Assembly: GCF_055900595.2 (NCBI RefSeq)
Contig: NZ_CM148325.1
Length of the DNA: 64,000 bases
Direction: 5' to 3' (one strand)
The notes under the pieces are model-generated. The model was not told the DNA's origin, ran no database searches, and saw only the letters and a list, made by a program, of their open reading frames with translations. The first letter of the stretch is position 1. Each line of letters opens with the position of its first letter. This document shows, one piece after another, positions 34,105-44,517 of the stretch. Made by a program: the position numbers and the translations under genes.

Positions 34105-35248
34105 GTGACTCTGTTCATAGTTATCGTCGGCGCCGGATACAGCATCTACCCTGCTCAGGGCAGACGCTATGGCTTGTATTTTCCGTCCGCCACTGGTACT
34201 GCCGTAACCCGGCTTGTTCACGTAAAATTTTTGCCGGGTCGCTTGCCCCCTTCGCCGGTTCACTCCCAGCATTCTTCACAGGTGTTACAAAATTTACAAC
34301 ATCAACTGGGATTAATAGCCGGAGGTGAGGCCGGGAAACAGGCAGCAACGGCAGTGGGGCTCCGTTGCAGTGCTGATACTCTTCTTCGCAGGGTTATTAA
34401 TACCCCGGAGACGAAACAGTCGGGCGCGCCTCATGTCGGTATTGATGAGTGGGCGTGGCATCGGGGCCACCATTACGGCACGTTAATCGTCAATCTTGAT
34501 ACTCACCGTCCCCTCGTCCTGCTTCCCGGTTGCGATCAGAGTACGCTGGCGACCTGGTTCAGAAAATATCCGGAAATACAGGTTGTCTCACGTGACCGTG
34601 GCGGAGTCTATGCGACAGCAGCACGTGAAGGTGCACCTCAGGCCAGACAGATAGCTGATCGATGGCACCTGCTAAAAAATATTGGCGATGCGCCTGAACG
34701 AATGATGTACAGACAGATGCCTCTGATACGTCTTGTTGCCAGTGGGTTGTCACCAAAGAAATCACCTAAGCCAGTACTGTCTGTGCCTGTAGCATCGCTC
34801 CGTCGTCCGGAACGCCTTAAACAGCAAACCCGCCAAAAACGGCATCAGCGTTGGACAGAGGTTATGGCACTACATAACAAGGGATGTGGGTTCAGGGGAA
34901 ATATCCCGTATTACAGGCTTATCCCGTATTACAGGCTTATCACGTGTGACAGTCAGTCTCTGGGTGTGTTCAGGAACATTCCCTGAAATGTCAACCCGGC
35001 CTCCAGAGCGAGGACTTCTGGACCCATGGAGGGAGTGGTTAAAAGAGCAACGAGAAAGTGGTAACTTCGGCGCGTGGCTGCAAGGATGGCAGCTGATGCT
35101 GCGGCTATATGTGAGGCAATCAGCAGTCGCTGGAATAATGGGGGGTGTCGAAAGTCATGTAAATTGGCTAAAAATGCTGAAAGGCCAGATGTATGGTCGA
35201 GCCGGATTTGAACTACTCAGGCAGAGGGTCATGAGTCCACTGGCATGA
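34105..35248 (+). pseudogene. ISL3-family-like transposase remnant (frameshifted, lacks N-terminus)
   Basis: GIDEWAWHRGHHYGTLIVNLD...VSRDRGGVYATAAREGAPQARQIADRWHLLKNI fits the ISL3 DDE pattern; reading frame breaks near 34900; IS1 end abuts at 33981. Confidence 0.4.
34903..34938 (+). repeat. Perfect 18-bp tandem duplication (atcccgtattacaggctt x2) inside the ISL3-like remnant
   Basis: Read directly; encodes the duplicated ISRITGLSRITGLSR. Confidence 0.8.
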
Positions 35249-35271
35249 AAATCTCCATCCAGGTTGCGGAA

Positions 35272-35297
35272 GAGCCACTTTTCATCCGTCGTTGACA
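35272..35297. repeat. Solo IS21-type terminal inverted-repeat copy (gagccacttttcatccgtcgttgaca)
   Basis: 22 of 26 nt identical to the IS21 right end at 33549..33574; no adjacent ist genes. Confidence 0.5.
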
Positions 35298-36083
35298 GCT
35301 TGGGGGGTAGTGCATCTGTACCTCTAGGTCAAAGGAGGTATTCATATCCATATTAACGACTTGAATATGTTGACAGTACTGATTCAGATTAACGAAAAAC
35401 GACCGAGCTTCTCTACTACGCACCTCACCTATCCAGAGGATTGATGAGTATCCGCATCGGCTACGACGGTGCGTAACGATGAGCTTTGAACAGGGCAAAC
35501 TCTTTCATGACCCGGCCTTGGCAGTACATCAATCAGACCCTGTGACCTCTATTTGCAACTGACGTTTGTCGATAGTATTGATGATATGCTAGTGCAGGGT
35601 AAGAAATTACGAAATATGTTTAATCGGCAAGATTTTGAGTAACGCCTCAACATGCTCAATGAGTCATGTGGTCTGATGAGCATAAGGCTTTAGCCAGCTG
35701 ATATAATCCCGAACTATGCCGTAGTTAGGGCAAAGAATGCGGTAGACGGGTAGGCGTAACTGAACTGGAAATACCAGTATTGTTCATTACGATAAGGTGC
35801 GAAGTGAAGCATCGTGAACGGCTTTAGCCTGTTTGCCACAAGAGTAATGACCGTTTTCAATCGGTTTTAGGTGGATGATGAGGGGGATTTTACTCAGTAG
35901 GGACGACGTCAAAGCCTATCCAGAGATAAATGGAAAAGATAGTATTCGAAATTGAGAACGGTTGGGGTTGGTTATCGTTCTGTTTTAGCAACTAAACAAT
36001 AACTCCCCAACCGTTATCATTTCCAGCCCACGATAATCTGCAATGAACATTAAAAATTCACGGCGGCGGTCGCTTTCCTTAAT

Positions 36084-37046
36084 TTACGTCTCCTCTTGGG
36101 AGTGGATAATATGGGTGCCTGTTTCGCCACGCAGTGCCGCGGACAGGCATTCAGGCGTGGTGATAATCACTCTTTTACCTCCACGTTCCAGGAACTCCAG
36201 ACTGGCAAGAATCTTCGGTAACATACTCCCAGGCGGGAAGTGACCCTCCTGCATGTAACGGGCCATCGTTAGGACATCCACTGTATCCAGTGCATGCTGG
36301 TTGGGTTTCCCAAAATGAATACTCACTTTTTCCACGCCGGTGGTGATCACCAGAATGTCGGCGTGAATTTCGCGAGCCAGTAGCGCGCTAGAGAGATCTT
36401 TGTCGATAACCGCGTCCACGCTTTGGTAATCCCCTGCGTCAGTACGCACCACCGGAATGCCACCGCCGCCCGCGCCAATCACCACAAAGCCTTGCTGGAT
36501 CAGAGTCTTAATGGCAGGTGCTTCGACAATACGTTTCGGTTCCGGCGAGGCGACCACGCGGCGATAGCCCCGTCCGGCATCTTCAACAAAACGCCAGTCA
36601 GGGTTTGCCTTTTGTAGTTCATCACGCTGGTTTTCACTAAAGAATGCACCGATGGGCTTGGTGGGATGGACAAACCCCGGATCGTTTTTATCCACTTCCA
36701 CCTGAGTCACCACGGTGACGGCTTTTTTCTCGCCGTGAGGCGCCAGCCGGTTGTTCAGCGCCTGCTGGATCAGATAGCCAATGCCGCCTTGCGTATCCGC
36801 CACACAGTTCGCCAGCGGCGTTAAGGGTAGCCCTTCGCGCTCGTGGGCTATCTCCGCGCGGCGTAAATCCAGACCGACCTGCGGCCCGTTGCCGTGGGTC
36901 AGCACAATGTCGTAATCGGAAGCCAGCATTTCCAGAACCGTATCGGCGACGGCCTTCACCGCCTCCGCCTGATGCTCAATCGACTGGCTGGCGTTATCTT
37001 TGATAATGCTGTTGCCACCAATGGCAACGACCACAAGTTCTTTCAT
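36084..37046 (-). CDS. Carbamate kinase-like protein (ArcC/YahI/YqeA family)
   Basis: MKELVVVAIGGNSI...THGNGPQVG amino-acid kinase fold. Confidence 0.85.
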   Translation of the reverse strand: MKELVVVAIGGNSIIKDNASQSIEHQAEAVKAVADTVLEMLASDYDIVLTHGNGPQVGLDLRRAEIAHEREGLPLTPLANCVADTQGGIGYLIQQALNNRLAPHGEKKAVTVVTQVEVDKNDPGFVHPTKPIGAFFSENQRDELQKANPDWRFVEDAGRGYRRVVASPEPKRIVEAPAIKTLIQQGFVVIGAGGGGIPVVRTDAGDYQSVDAVIDKDLSSALLAREIHADILVITTGVEKVSIHFGKPNQHALDTVDVLTMARYMQEGHFPPGSMLPKILASLEFLERGGKRVIITTPECLSAALRGETGTHIIHSQEET

Positions 37047-37072
37047 AGAATTATCTTCCGTTTGCAGGCTAT

Positions 37073-38623
37073 TCAGGTCGTTTTAGTCTCTTCCTGCTCA
37101 GACGCAGCCACTGTTTCACGGCTATCAATAACATGCTTGAGGGCAAACATAGCAAGCATCATCAGGTAGGCCACAACAAACACAATCGAGCTGCCTTCCG
37201 CAAAGCCAACCGCTGGGGAGTGAATCACGCCAAACAGCGATAACAGTGCTCCAAAGGATGCAGCTATCGCCCCGCGCAGCGGCTTATTCATAATGGCAAA
37301 GATAGCAATGCATCCCCACAGCATGCTGGCCAGCGGTGCACCGCTTCCCAGATGCATCAGTCCATCGTAATAGACGCCTTTGCTGTGCAACAGGTCGCTA
37401 CCAAGTTTCTCAGCGGATGTTCCGGCTGCGCCCATCACGCTGTTAACGATGGTCAATGCCCAGTTGGCGACCCATGGGAACAGACAGATGAAAATGACGG
37501 GAACCTCGACTTTAGGAGTTTCTCGCACCACCTGATTGGCGGTTACCACACCGATAAAAACCAGAATTGGCACTATAGCAGTCATGGGAATAATGGCGAG
37601 CATAAACGCGCCCAACCCAAACAATGGCACCAGAAACATAGTGATGCCTGATGCGAGGGTATAGCAGATACTAGCGCCCATAGCTTTCCAGCCTGCATGC
37701 CCAACATATACGGTTACCGGGAACGGATTACCCAGCATGCAACCGAGCATGGAGGCAAAGCCGTTCGCCATCATGACCTTACGGGTGTTGTATTCATCAC
37801 CAGCCGCGTGCGCACTTTCAATGTTCTCGAGGTCAAAAATGTAGTTAGCCAGGCCCAAAGGAACTGCAGAAGCCAGATATGGCAGAGCGTGCGGCAAACC
37901 TTGCAGGAAGCTCCTTACATGAATTTCCGGCGGGTTGAAGCCGAAGGAAGACATCGACGCTTTAATGTCTTCCGGGCTTTGTAAACCGGATATCCACGCT
38001 AGGGACGTACCAGCAATCAGCAACAGCAAACCGGTAGGAATATGGGGAAAAATCGGCTTCTTACCGAACCAGTTAATGAAGATCAATAACAGGACGATGA
38101 AAGAAACTGTCGGCGCTTCGAACGCTTGCAGCATCGGGTTCATTGCCAGCAGTAATAACCCCAGTCCGGACAGACAAGAAAGCAGCACTGTACGCGGGAT
38201 CATCTTGCGGATAGTCTCACCCAGGAAGGAGCCACCGACCAGGATCAACGCTTCGACAAAGCACCACACCAATCCTATCTGAATAGCAAAGTTGGCATCT
38301 TTGGTTTGCTGATAAACCGGCATCAGCACCAGGAATGTCACGGTAAAGATTGAGGGTGCGCTCGGTCCAGACGGCAGCGCCGTTACATCGCTACGACCGG
38401 TTTTCTTCACCATCTGTAGACCAAACCAGGAGTAGCAGACACTGGCCGCCAGCACTGCAAGACCAAAGGCAGGCGCAATGCGTCCATAGACAATTTCAGT
38501 AGGGATTCCGACGACAAAAATTAGCAGACCCATCATTGTCAGCAGGTTAGTCAGATTGTTGGTCATCAGTCCAAAGTAAGCCGCCCAGTCACCACGTTTC
38601 CATTCTAGTTTTATGCTGTTCAT
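37073..38623 (-). CDS. Polytopic membrane transporter, possibly an NCS2/AzgA-like nucleobase-type permease
   Basis: 516 aa with about 12 predicted TM segments between the DUF1116 and carbamate kinase genes; family call is tentative. Confidence 0.6.
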   Translation of the reverse strand: MNSIKLEWKRGDWAAYFGLMTNNLTNLLTMMGLLIFVVGIPTEIVYGRIAPAFGLAVLAASVCYSWFGLQMVKKTGRSDVTALPSGPSAPSIFTVTFLVLMPVYQQTKDANFAIQIGLVWCFVEALILVGGSFLGETIRKMIPRTVLLSCLSGLGLLLLAMNPMLQAFEAPTVSFIVLLLIFINWFGKKPIFPHIPTGLLLLIAGTSLAWISGLQSPEDIKASMSSFGFNPPEIHVRSFLQGLPHALPYLASAVPLGLANYIFDLENIESAHAAGDEYNTRKVMMANGFASMLGCMLGNPFPVTVYVGHAGWKAMGASICYTLASGITMFLVPLFGLGAFMLAIIPMTAIVPILVFIGVVTANQVVRETPKVEVPVIFICLFPWVANWALTIVNSVMGAAGTSAEKLGSDLLHSKGVYYDGLMHLGSGAPLASMLWGCIAIFAIMNKPLRGAIAASFGALLSLFGVIHSPAVGFAEGSSIVFVVAYLMMLAMFALKHVIDSRETVAASEQEETKTT

Positions 38624-38735
38624 GGAATCTCCTTAACAGGTTAAGCATCGTTTGCGATCATGGAGATCGCCCAGCCCTGAAGGTAAACAACGTTTTCCGC
38701 TACTGTGGGGCTAACTGCGTTAGCCCCGGTTATTG

Positions 38736-40154
38736 TTATTGGCAGTAGTGGTCACGCCAGTTGAGGATCGCCTTTTCAAAACAAGTGAACGGCGGGTGAA
38801 CAATTCCTGCGCCGATCATGCCGATCCCTGCGTCTTTGTGCGCAATGGCTGTGTTAATTACCGGCAGAATGCCTGTACTGCCTACACGCGTAATATCGAT
38901 AGCGGTCGGTACGCCCATAAAACCAAGCAGGGGAATGGTGACGTTGGGGTTTTCTCCGAGAGTGATTTCTCTCATTTTACGTGAGAAATCAATAGCTTCC
39001 TCAACTGTTCCGCCCACCAGTGACACAATAGCTGGTGCCGTCGCCATAGCGAAACCGCCAACGCCGTAGGTTTCGGTAATTGCACTATCACCGATATCAC
39101 GTCCGGAATCCTCTAGCTTATAGCCCGCAAACATCGGCCCAATCACCTGCTGCGCCGGACCGGTAAACCACTTGCCCGGCAAACCGCTAATACGAAGACC
39201 GAACTCAACACCATTGCGTGCCATCGTTGTCACCACGGTGCTGTATTCAATGCCGTGCGCAGCGTCCATTGCGGCTTTACACATTGCCATCCATGTTGGT
39301 CCTGAGAAGTAATCACTACTGAGGACAAACTCGAACACCTCACGCTGCTGCTCAACAGGGTAGCCAGTCTGAATAATCCACGGCGTCAGCGTCTGAATCA
39401 GCAGCGCCGTCCCGGCGTTGTTGCGGTTATGGCACTCATCGCCCATATGCAGCGCCTGCGCTAACATCAAGTGCAGATCGATTTCGCCCGCCAGCTTCAT
39501 AGCATCGCGCAACATAGGTCCCAGTACATCTCGCATCCAGTTAAGACGCTCTATAACGCTCTGGTCGTTAGCGCCCATACGCAGGATCTTTGCCATCTGC
39601 TCGCTCATATTGGTATATGCGCGGTTTCCATAGGTTTTGTTCTCGACGATGTGCATAAACATCGATGCAGACGTGACACCCGCCATTGAGCCGACACAGT
39701 CATGTTCGTGGCACGGAGAGAAGATGATTTCACCTGAAGCAGCTAGTTCGGCGGCATCATCCAGATCTTTCGCCAGTCCTTCAAATACCAGAGCCCCGGT
39801 TACTGCGCCCTTCATTGCGCCGCACATTTTTTCCCAGTGGATTGGCGGCCCGGCGTGAAGGATAGTGTTACGGGTCATACCCGGCACGACGTTGATCGCC
39901 TGATCATAGCCAATTAGCACAGGATGCGACTGGATAATGCGTTCCAGCGCCAGCTGATTAGCAGCTGCAATTTTGTCTGCCAGTGGTGAAGCGGCAATGT
40001 CGTCCAGTGCCGTTACCACTTGTATGTTTCCTTGGCCTGGCGGTGTCCAGTCAAGTTGGGTTACCGGTACATTCTGCTTTTTCATGTCATCGCTGAACAT
40101 TTCGATACCGACATTAATAACGTTCAGCGGCTGATTAAACAGTGTCTGGCTCAT
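38736..40154 (-). CDS. DUF1116-family protein (YlbE/YahG-like)
   Basis: 472 aa; start overlaps the FdrA-like stop (ATGA), indicating an operon. Confidence 0.65.
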   Translation of the reverse strand: MSQTLFNQPLNVINVGIEMFSDDMKKQNVPVTQLDWTPPGQGNIQVVTALDDIAASPLADKIAAANQLALERIIQSHPVLIGYDQAINVVPGMTRNTILHAGPPIHWEKMCGAMKGAVTGALVFEGLAKDLDDAAELAASGEIIFSPCHEHDCVGSMAGVTSASMFMHIVENKTYGNRAYTNMSEQMAKILRMGANDQSVIERLNWMRDVLGPMLRDAMKLAGEIDLHLMLAQALHMGDECHNRNNAGTALLIQTLTPWIIQTGYPVEQQREVFEFVLSSDYFSGPTWMAMCKAAMDAAHGIEYSTVVTTMARNGVEFGLRISGLPGKWFTGPAQQVIGPMFAGYKLEDSGRDIGDSAITETYGVGGFAMATAPAIVSLVGGTVEEAIDFSRKMREITLGENPNVTIPLLGFMGVPTAIDITRVGSTGILPVINTAIAHKDAGIGMIGAGIVHPPFTCFEKAILNWRDHYCQ

Positions 40155-41701
40155 CAGCCTTCCTCCCCTTTAAATATAAATTCACGTGCCAGTAATCCGG
40201 TGTTGGTGCTACTGCTTGCCCAAATAACCCCGGCATCGGTCAACATCTGACACTGTTTTTTCAGCGACGGTGTATCAAGGTCGGTTCCCAGCACATAGCC
40301 GAGGATCTCAAGCGGGCGACCGTCTGCGGCAGCAATTTCTTTGGCTTCAACAATTGTATCCAGCATCACTCCAACCGGATCTTCATGTGATCCAAATCCA
40401 AGAATGAAGTCCATCACGATCACGCCAACTTCAGGATCCTGTGCTTCCTGCAAGAGCCGGGTAATGCGATTGGTGGGATCGATCATCGGATGTGGTTTGC
40501 CGTTGGTAAAATAATCATCGCCGAAATCGAGGAAGGTATGCGCCACGCTACGGTTGAGATCTGTAAGGCGGAACGCCGGATTCGGGTGAATATTGCTATA
40601 CACATCCGAGAGTTTTTCCATGGCAGTAAACATCGCTTCATCGCATAACGTGCCACCACAGAACAGGCCACGGATATACTTTTGTTGTGGAGTCAGACGG
40701 GAGCGAACCTCTTCAATCAGCTGCCAGTTGAGCGGATGCAAATCCAGACTCTCTTTTTTCACACCAGTCAACAGTACCGCTTTCAAGGCAGCCTCTTTAG
40801 TACCGCGGGCAAACTGTAGGCCTTCTTCATCCGCAGGGGTGGACTCACGTCCGAGGAAACACACCACCACAGGCTTGTGACAGGTGCGCGCACGTTCCAG
40901 CACCTTACGGGCTACCGCTGGTGCAGGAGGTTTGGATATAAGCGTAATGATCTCAGTTTGTGGATCGGCCTCCAGCATGCTAATCGCGTCAAGCATCATC
41001 AGGCCGCCAATTTTTTCACTCATATCGCGTCCACCTGTCCCAATCAGCTGGGAAATCCCGCCGCCAAATTCGTGAATGCGTACGCTCAGCTCCTGGCTAC
41101 CCGTACCGGAGGCACCAATGATTCCGATGTTGCCGCGACGCACTGCATTGCCAAAACACAACGCTGCGCCGTTAATGATGGCGGTTCCACAATCAGGCCC
41201 CATCATCAACAACCCTTTTTCATGTGCCAGATGCTTGAGTTCCAGCTCGTCCTCAAGAGAGACGTTGTCAGAAAACAGCATAACATTGAGGTTATTTTGT
41301 AGTGCCTGACGAGCTTCACGAGCAGCAAACAGGCCATTGACAGAGATCACCGCCAGATTACTCTCTGGAGCATGCTTCTTCGCACTGGCAATCGTGGCAT
41401 AGCGTGCTTCGTGCTGGCCTCCCTGTTCTTTATGCGCAAACAGCTCATCAATCGCTATTAGCGTCCGCTCGTTCGCCTCCTCGCTGGTACCTTTAATGAC
41501 AATCATCAGATCGCCACTTTTCGCCTCTTCCAGCTCAGGGGTCAGCAGACCGAGATTCTTCAGCACCCCCTTATTCATCTCTGTCGCCATAGCAACAAAT
41601 GCCTGCTCAACTCCATCAAGCTTATTTGCGCGCGTGGAGATAGACATCAGTGAAACAGAATCAAAATACGTGTTTTTTTTTACAACTATCCTGATTGACA
41701 T
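40154..41701 (-). CDS. FdrA-family protein (CoA-ligase/succinyl-CoA-synthetase-like fold)
   Basis: 515 aa; GIIGASGTG nucleotide-binding loop. Confidence 0.75.
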   Translation of the reverse strand: MSIRIVVKKNTYFDSVSLMSISTRANKLDGVEQAFVAMATEMNKGVLKNLGLLTPELEEAKSGDLMIVIKGTSEEANERTLIAIDELFAHKEQGGQHEARYATIASAKKHAPESNLAVISVNGLFAAREARQALQNNLNVMLFSDNVSLEDELELKHLAHEKGLLMMGPDCGTAIINGAALCFGNAVRRGNIGIIGASGTGSQELSVRIHEFGGGISQLIGTGGRDMSEKIGGLMMLDAISMLEADPQTEIITLISKPPAPAVARKVLERARTCHKPVVVCFLGRESTPADEEGLQFARGTKEAALKAVLLTGVKKESLDLHPLNWQLIEEVRSRLTPQQKYIRGLFCGGTLCDEAMFTAMEKLSDVYSNIHPNPAFRLTDLNRSVAHTFLDFGDDYFTNGKPHPMIDPTNRITRLLQEAQDPEVGVIVMDFILGFGSHEDPVGVMLDTIVEAKEIAAADGRPLEILGYVLGTDLDTPSLKKQCQMLTDAGVIWASSSTNTGLLAREFIFKGEEG

Positions 41702-42509
41702 AATTACCTCCGGACCTGTGGCTCAGGGCGCAGGCATCCGCCATGCCATACAGCATGTCGCATCCAGAACTTGAGCCTATATTTTTTATGTCAGTAACAT
41801 ATTGCGTAGAAATGGGTTGTGGCTCAGTAATAAATTGGTTCAGTAGCCGTCCGACTCTTTCCCGATAACGCTGATTAAATGCTTCCTCTAAAGTTATTTT
41901 GCTGAGAAGCGTTATGTTATTTCCTGCAAGTTGTAATGCTGCTAAGAAATCGTATCTATACTTCCTTAGTGGATGTCCTTGAATAAATAAAATAGTGCTT
42001 AAACCTACTAAATAATCATCCGATGATGGCGTCAGCCCTATTCCAAGACCAATTAACTGGTTGACTGCCGCAGTGATGTTTTCTCCTGTACACAACGCCT
42101 TCAGCAAATTTTTTCGGCGGTTGAGTAATTGGCGAGAAATTTCCTGATAAAATGGATTGTCACCCTGGTACAGAAATAATGTGTCGTTGCTTCTTAGTTG
42201 TTGGCGGATAAACTCTTCCCAATGCTGCCAGCCGACTTTGGCAAGGCTTGCTGAATCAGATGTCCACCGTGGTATTCGCCACATCTGACAACCGGTTATT
42301 TCTATCCATTTATCATTTCCAACAGTTATTCCAGACCCGCTAAAATTGACCTGTTCACCGGGGTGAAAAAGGTCTTCATAATGTGTCAGTGCTAAACGAC
42401 AACTGTTAGGTGCGTTATCACAATCCTCACTCAGTAACGTCAGCAGTCGCTGCTGTTCAGGTATTAACAGATTTACCGCATGGGAAAAAACCTGTTCAAC
42501 CTGGCCCAT
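41661..42509 (-). CDS. DUF2877-family protein (YlbF/YahE-like)
   Basis: 282-aa ORF upstream of and overlapping the FdrA-like gene. Confidence 0.55.
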   Translation of the reverse strand: MGQVEQVFSHAVNLLIPEQQRLLTLLSEDCDNAPNSCRLALTHYEDLFHPGEQVNFSGSGITVGNDKWIEITGCQMWRIPRWTSDSASLAKVGWQHWEEFIRQQLRSNDTLFLYQGDNPFYQEISRQLLNRRKNLLKALCTGENITAAVNQLIGLGIGLTPSSDDYLVGLSTILFIQGHPLRKYRYDFLAALQLAGNNITLLSKITLEEAFNQRYRERVGRLLNQFITEPQPISTQYVTDIKNIGSSSGCDMLYGMADACALSHRSGGNYVNQDSCKKKHVF

Positions 42510-42594
42510 TCCCCGAAAAGTGAGAAACGCGCAGTCTGCGGTTAGTGCCCGAAAAGATTGCCGTGATAATATAGCGATAATCGTGCTCCTGTTG

Positions 42595-43200
42595 TCAGGC
42601 TCCAGCCGAAATCAGCAACTCGGCAATTTTGTGGTAGCCTTTTTCTCGCGCCAGCTCCAGCGGGGTTTTACCGTATTTATCCGTCATGTGCGGGTTTGCG
42701 CCATGCTCAAGCAACAGTTTGACGATCTCCTGCTGCTTTTCACCGCCGTCATTCAGCACGATGGCCTCTAGGAGCGGCGTCCAGCCAACAAAATTAGTAT
42801 GGTTGACATTGATATCAGTACGCATCAGCAATTCACGTACAATCTCGACATGGCCTTTTTCGCAGGCAGGTGTAATACCAACACCGCCAAAACGGGTTAG
42901 GCAATTAAGGTCGGGGTTAGCCGGTAATACCGTACGCAACAGTGTTAAATCATTATTCAGGCAGCCAATCAGGAAGGGATTAAAACAAGTTTGATCTTGT
43001 TTATTAATATCAGCACCTGCGGAAATCAATAAAGAAACGCAGTCATAATGTTTATTCAGACTGGCAATAATAATTGCAGTACGCCCCTCGCGGTTAGTCG
43101 CATTAATATCAACCTTTTTATCAAGGCATGATTTTAATCCATCGGAATTACCTTGTTCTGCCGCCAGCAGAAATTCTGTAATGAGTTCTTTATTGGACAT
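42595..43200 (-). CDS. Ankyrin-repeat protein (YahD-like)
   Basis: 201 aa with tandem ankyrin repeats (GRTAIIIASLNKHYDCVSLLISAGADIN; GWTPLLEAIVLN...LLLEHGANPH; GKTPLELAREKGYHKIAELLISAGA). Confidence 0.8.
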   Translation of the reverse strand: MSNKELITEFLLAAEQGNSDGLKSCLDKKVDINATNREGRTAIIIASLNKHYDCVSLLISAGADINKQDQTCFNPFLIGCLNNDLTLLRTVLPANPDLNCLTRFGGVGITPACEKGHVEIVRELLMRTDINVNHTNFVGWTPLLEAIVLNDGGEKQQEIVKLLLEHGANPHMTDKYGKTPLELAREKGYHKIAELLISAGA

Positions 43201-43587
43201 AATCGATCTCCTGCTCTTTTTAAGATTTTACAAATATAACAAGCCAAGAATAGCAACAGAATGCATAGAGCACCATCCATTTAAAATTTACTCATCATTA
43301 GACCATGAATTATTGAAAAAAAATTAACAATAATAAGAGAGTGTGATATAGTGCAATATTTCTATTATAGCTGGGGATATTTTAGCCATTAATCCGCAGT
43401 CATATAAATAAAGGTGGTCTGCAGCACGGATAGCTGCCTGTAATTAAAATTCAGATGTGTGATTTCCTTCAAATTAAATGTAAATACGGTGTTAATTTTT
43501 TCAAAACTGATTGTCGGTTATAAGAATTACAAATACATTCAACAATCATCATGTTGTGTATGTGTATTATCGCCAGAGGAAAGAAAG

Positions 43588-44517
43588 ATGAATTCAATAT
43601 TTACGGAAGAAAACTTACTGGCATTTACTATGGCTGCCCGCTATAGAAGTTTCAGCAAGGCGGCGAAGGAACTGGGCTTAACCACATCGGCAATTAGTTA
43701 CACTATCAAGCGTATGGAAATGGGGCTTGACGTGGTGCTTTTTACCCGAACTACCCGTAGCATTGAGCTGACCGAGCCCGGGCACTACTTTTTTTGCAAA
43801 GCAACTGACCTGCTCAACGATTACCACTCCATCATACGTAGAGTTGATGCCATCGCTCAGGGAATTAAATCCCGGGTGCGCATTTGTATTAATCAACTGT
43901 TGTATACCCCTCAGCATACAGCTCGGCTTCTGCAAGTGCTCAGGGAACACTTTCCAACCTGCCAGATAGCTATTACTACAGAGGTGTATAATGGCGTCTG
44001 GGATTCACTCATTAATAACCAGGCTGATATCGCCATTGGCGCGCCCGATACGTTACTGGACGGTGGTGGAATTGATTACATTGAAATCGGCATGATTCGT
44101 TGGTTGTTCGCGATTTCTCCGGCTCATCCGCTGGCGTTTATTCCTGAGCCCATTTCTGAGAGTCAGTTACGTCTGTACCCGAACATCATGGTGGAAGACA
44201 CTGCAAACACTATTAACAAAAAAGTCGGCTGGCTGTTACACGGGCAAGAGTCGATTCTGGTTCCCGACTTTAATACTAAGCTTCAGTGCCAGATCCTGGG
44301 GGAGGGAATCGGTTTTCTGCCAGACTATATGGTGCGTGAAGCGATGGAAAAGTCATTGCTGGTGACACGGCAGATCCACAACCCACGTCAGGATTCACGA
44401 ATGCTGTTGGCAACCAGGCATTCGGCAAGCGGTCAAGTCACTCAGTGGATAAAAAGAGAATTTAGCTTACAAGGAATACTGACGGGGATTTATCAGGATT
44501 TGATGCATCGAGCGTGA
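43588..44517 (+). CDS. LysR-family transcriptional regulator, divergent from the carbamate-kinase operon
   Basis: N-terminal HTH LLAFTMAARYRSFSKAAKELGLTTSAISYTIKRME; ATG at 43588 chosen over the track ORF start. Confidence 0.85.
   Translation: MNSIFTEENLLAFTMAARYRSFSKAAKELGLTTSAISYTIKRMEMGLDVVLFTRTTRSIELTEPGHYFFCKATDLLNDYHSIIRRVDAIAQGIKSRVRICINQLLYTPQHTARLLQVLREHFPTCQIAITTEVYNGVWDSLINNQADIAIGAPDTLLDGGGIDYIEIGMIRWLFAISPAHPLAFIPEPISESQLRLYPNIMVEDTANTINKKVGWLLHGQESILVPDFNTKLQCQILGEGIGFLPDYMVREAMEKSLLVTRQIHNPRQDSRMLLATRHSASGQVTQWIKREFSLQGILTGIYQDLMHRA

Noticed and set aside
34886-35248. 120-aa ORF as an independent HTH regulator
   Set aside because: It is in phase-shifted continuity with the ISL3-like relic and contains the 18-bp duplication; more plausibly part of the decayed transposase gene.
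35500-36040. Possible group II intron or retron non-coding RNA in the ORF-free interval
   Set aside because: No recognisable domain V or intron boundary consensus and no reverse-transcriptase gene nearby; retained only as a low-interest note on the inverted repeat.
40877-41302. 141-aa plus-strand ORF
   Set aside because: Antisense within the FdrA-like gene.
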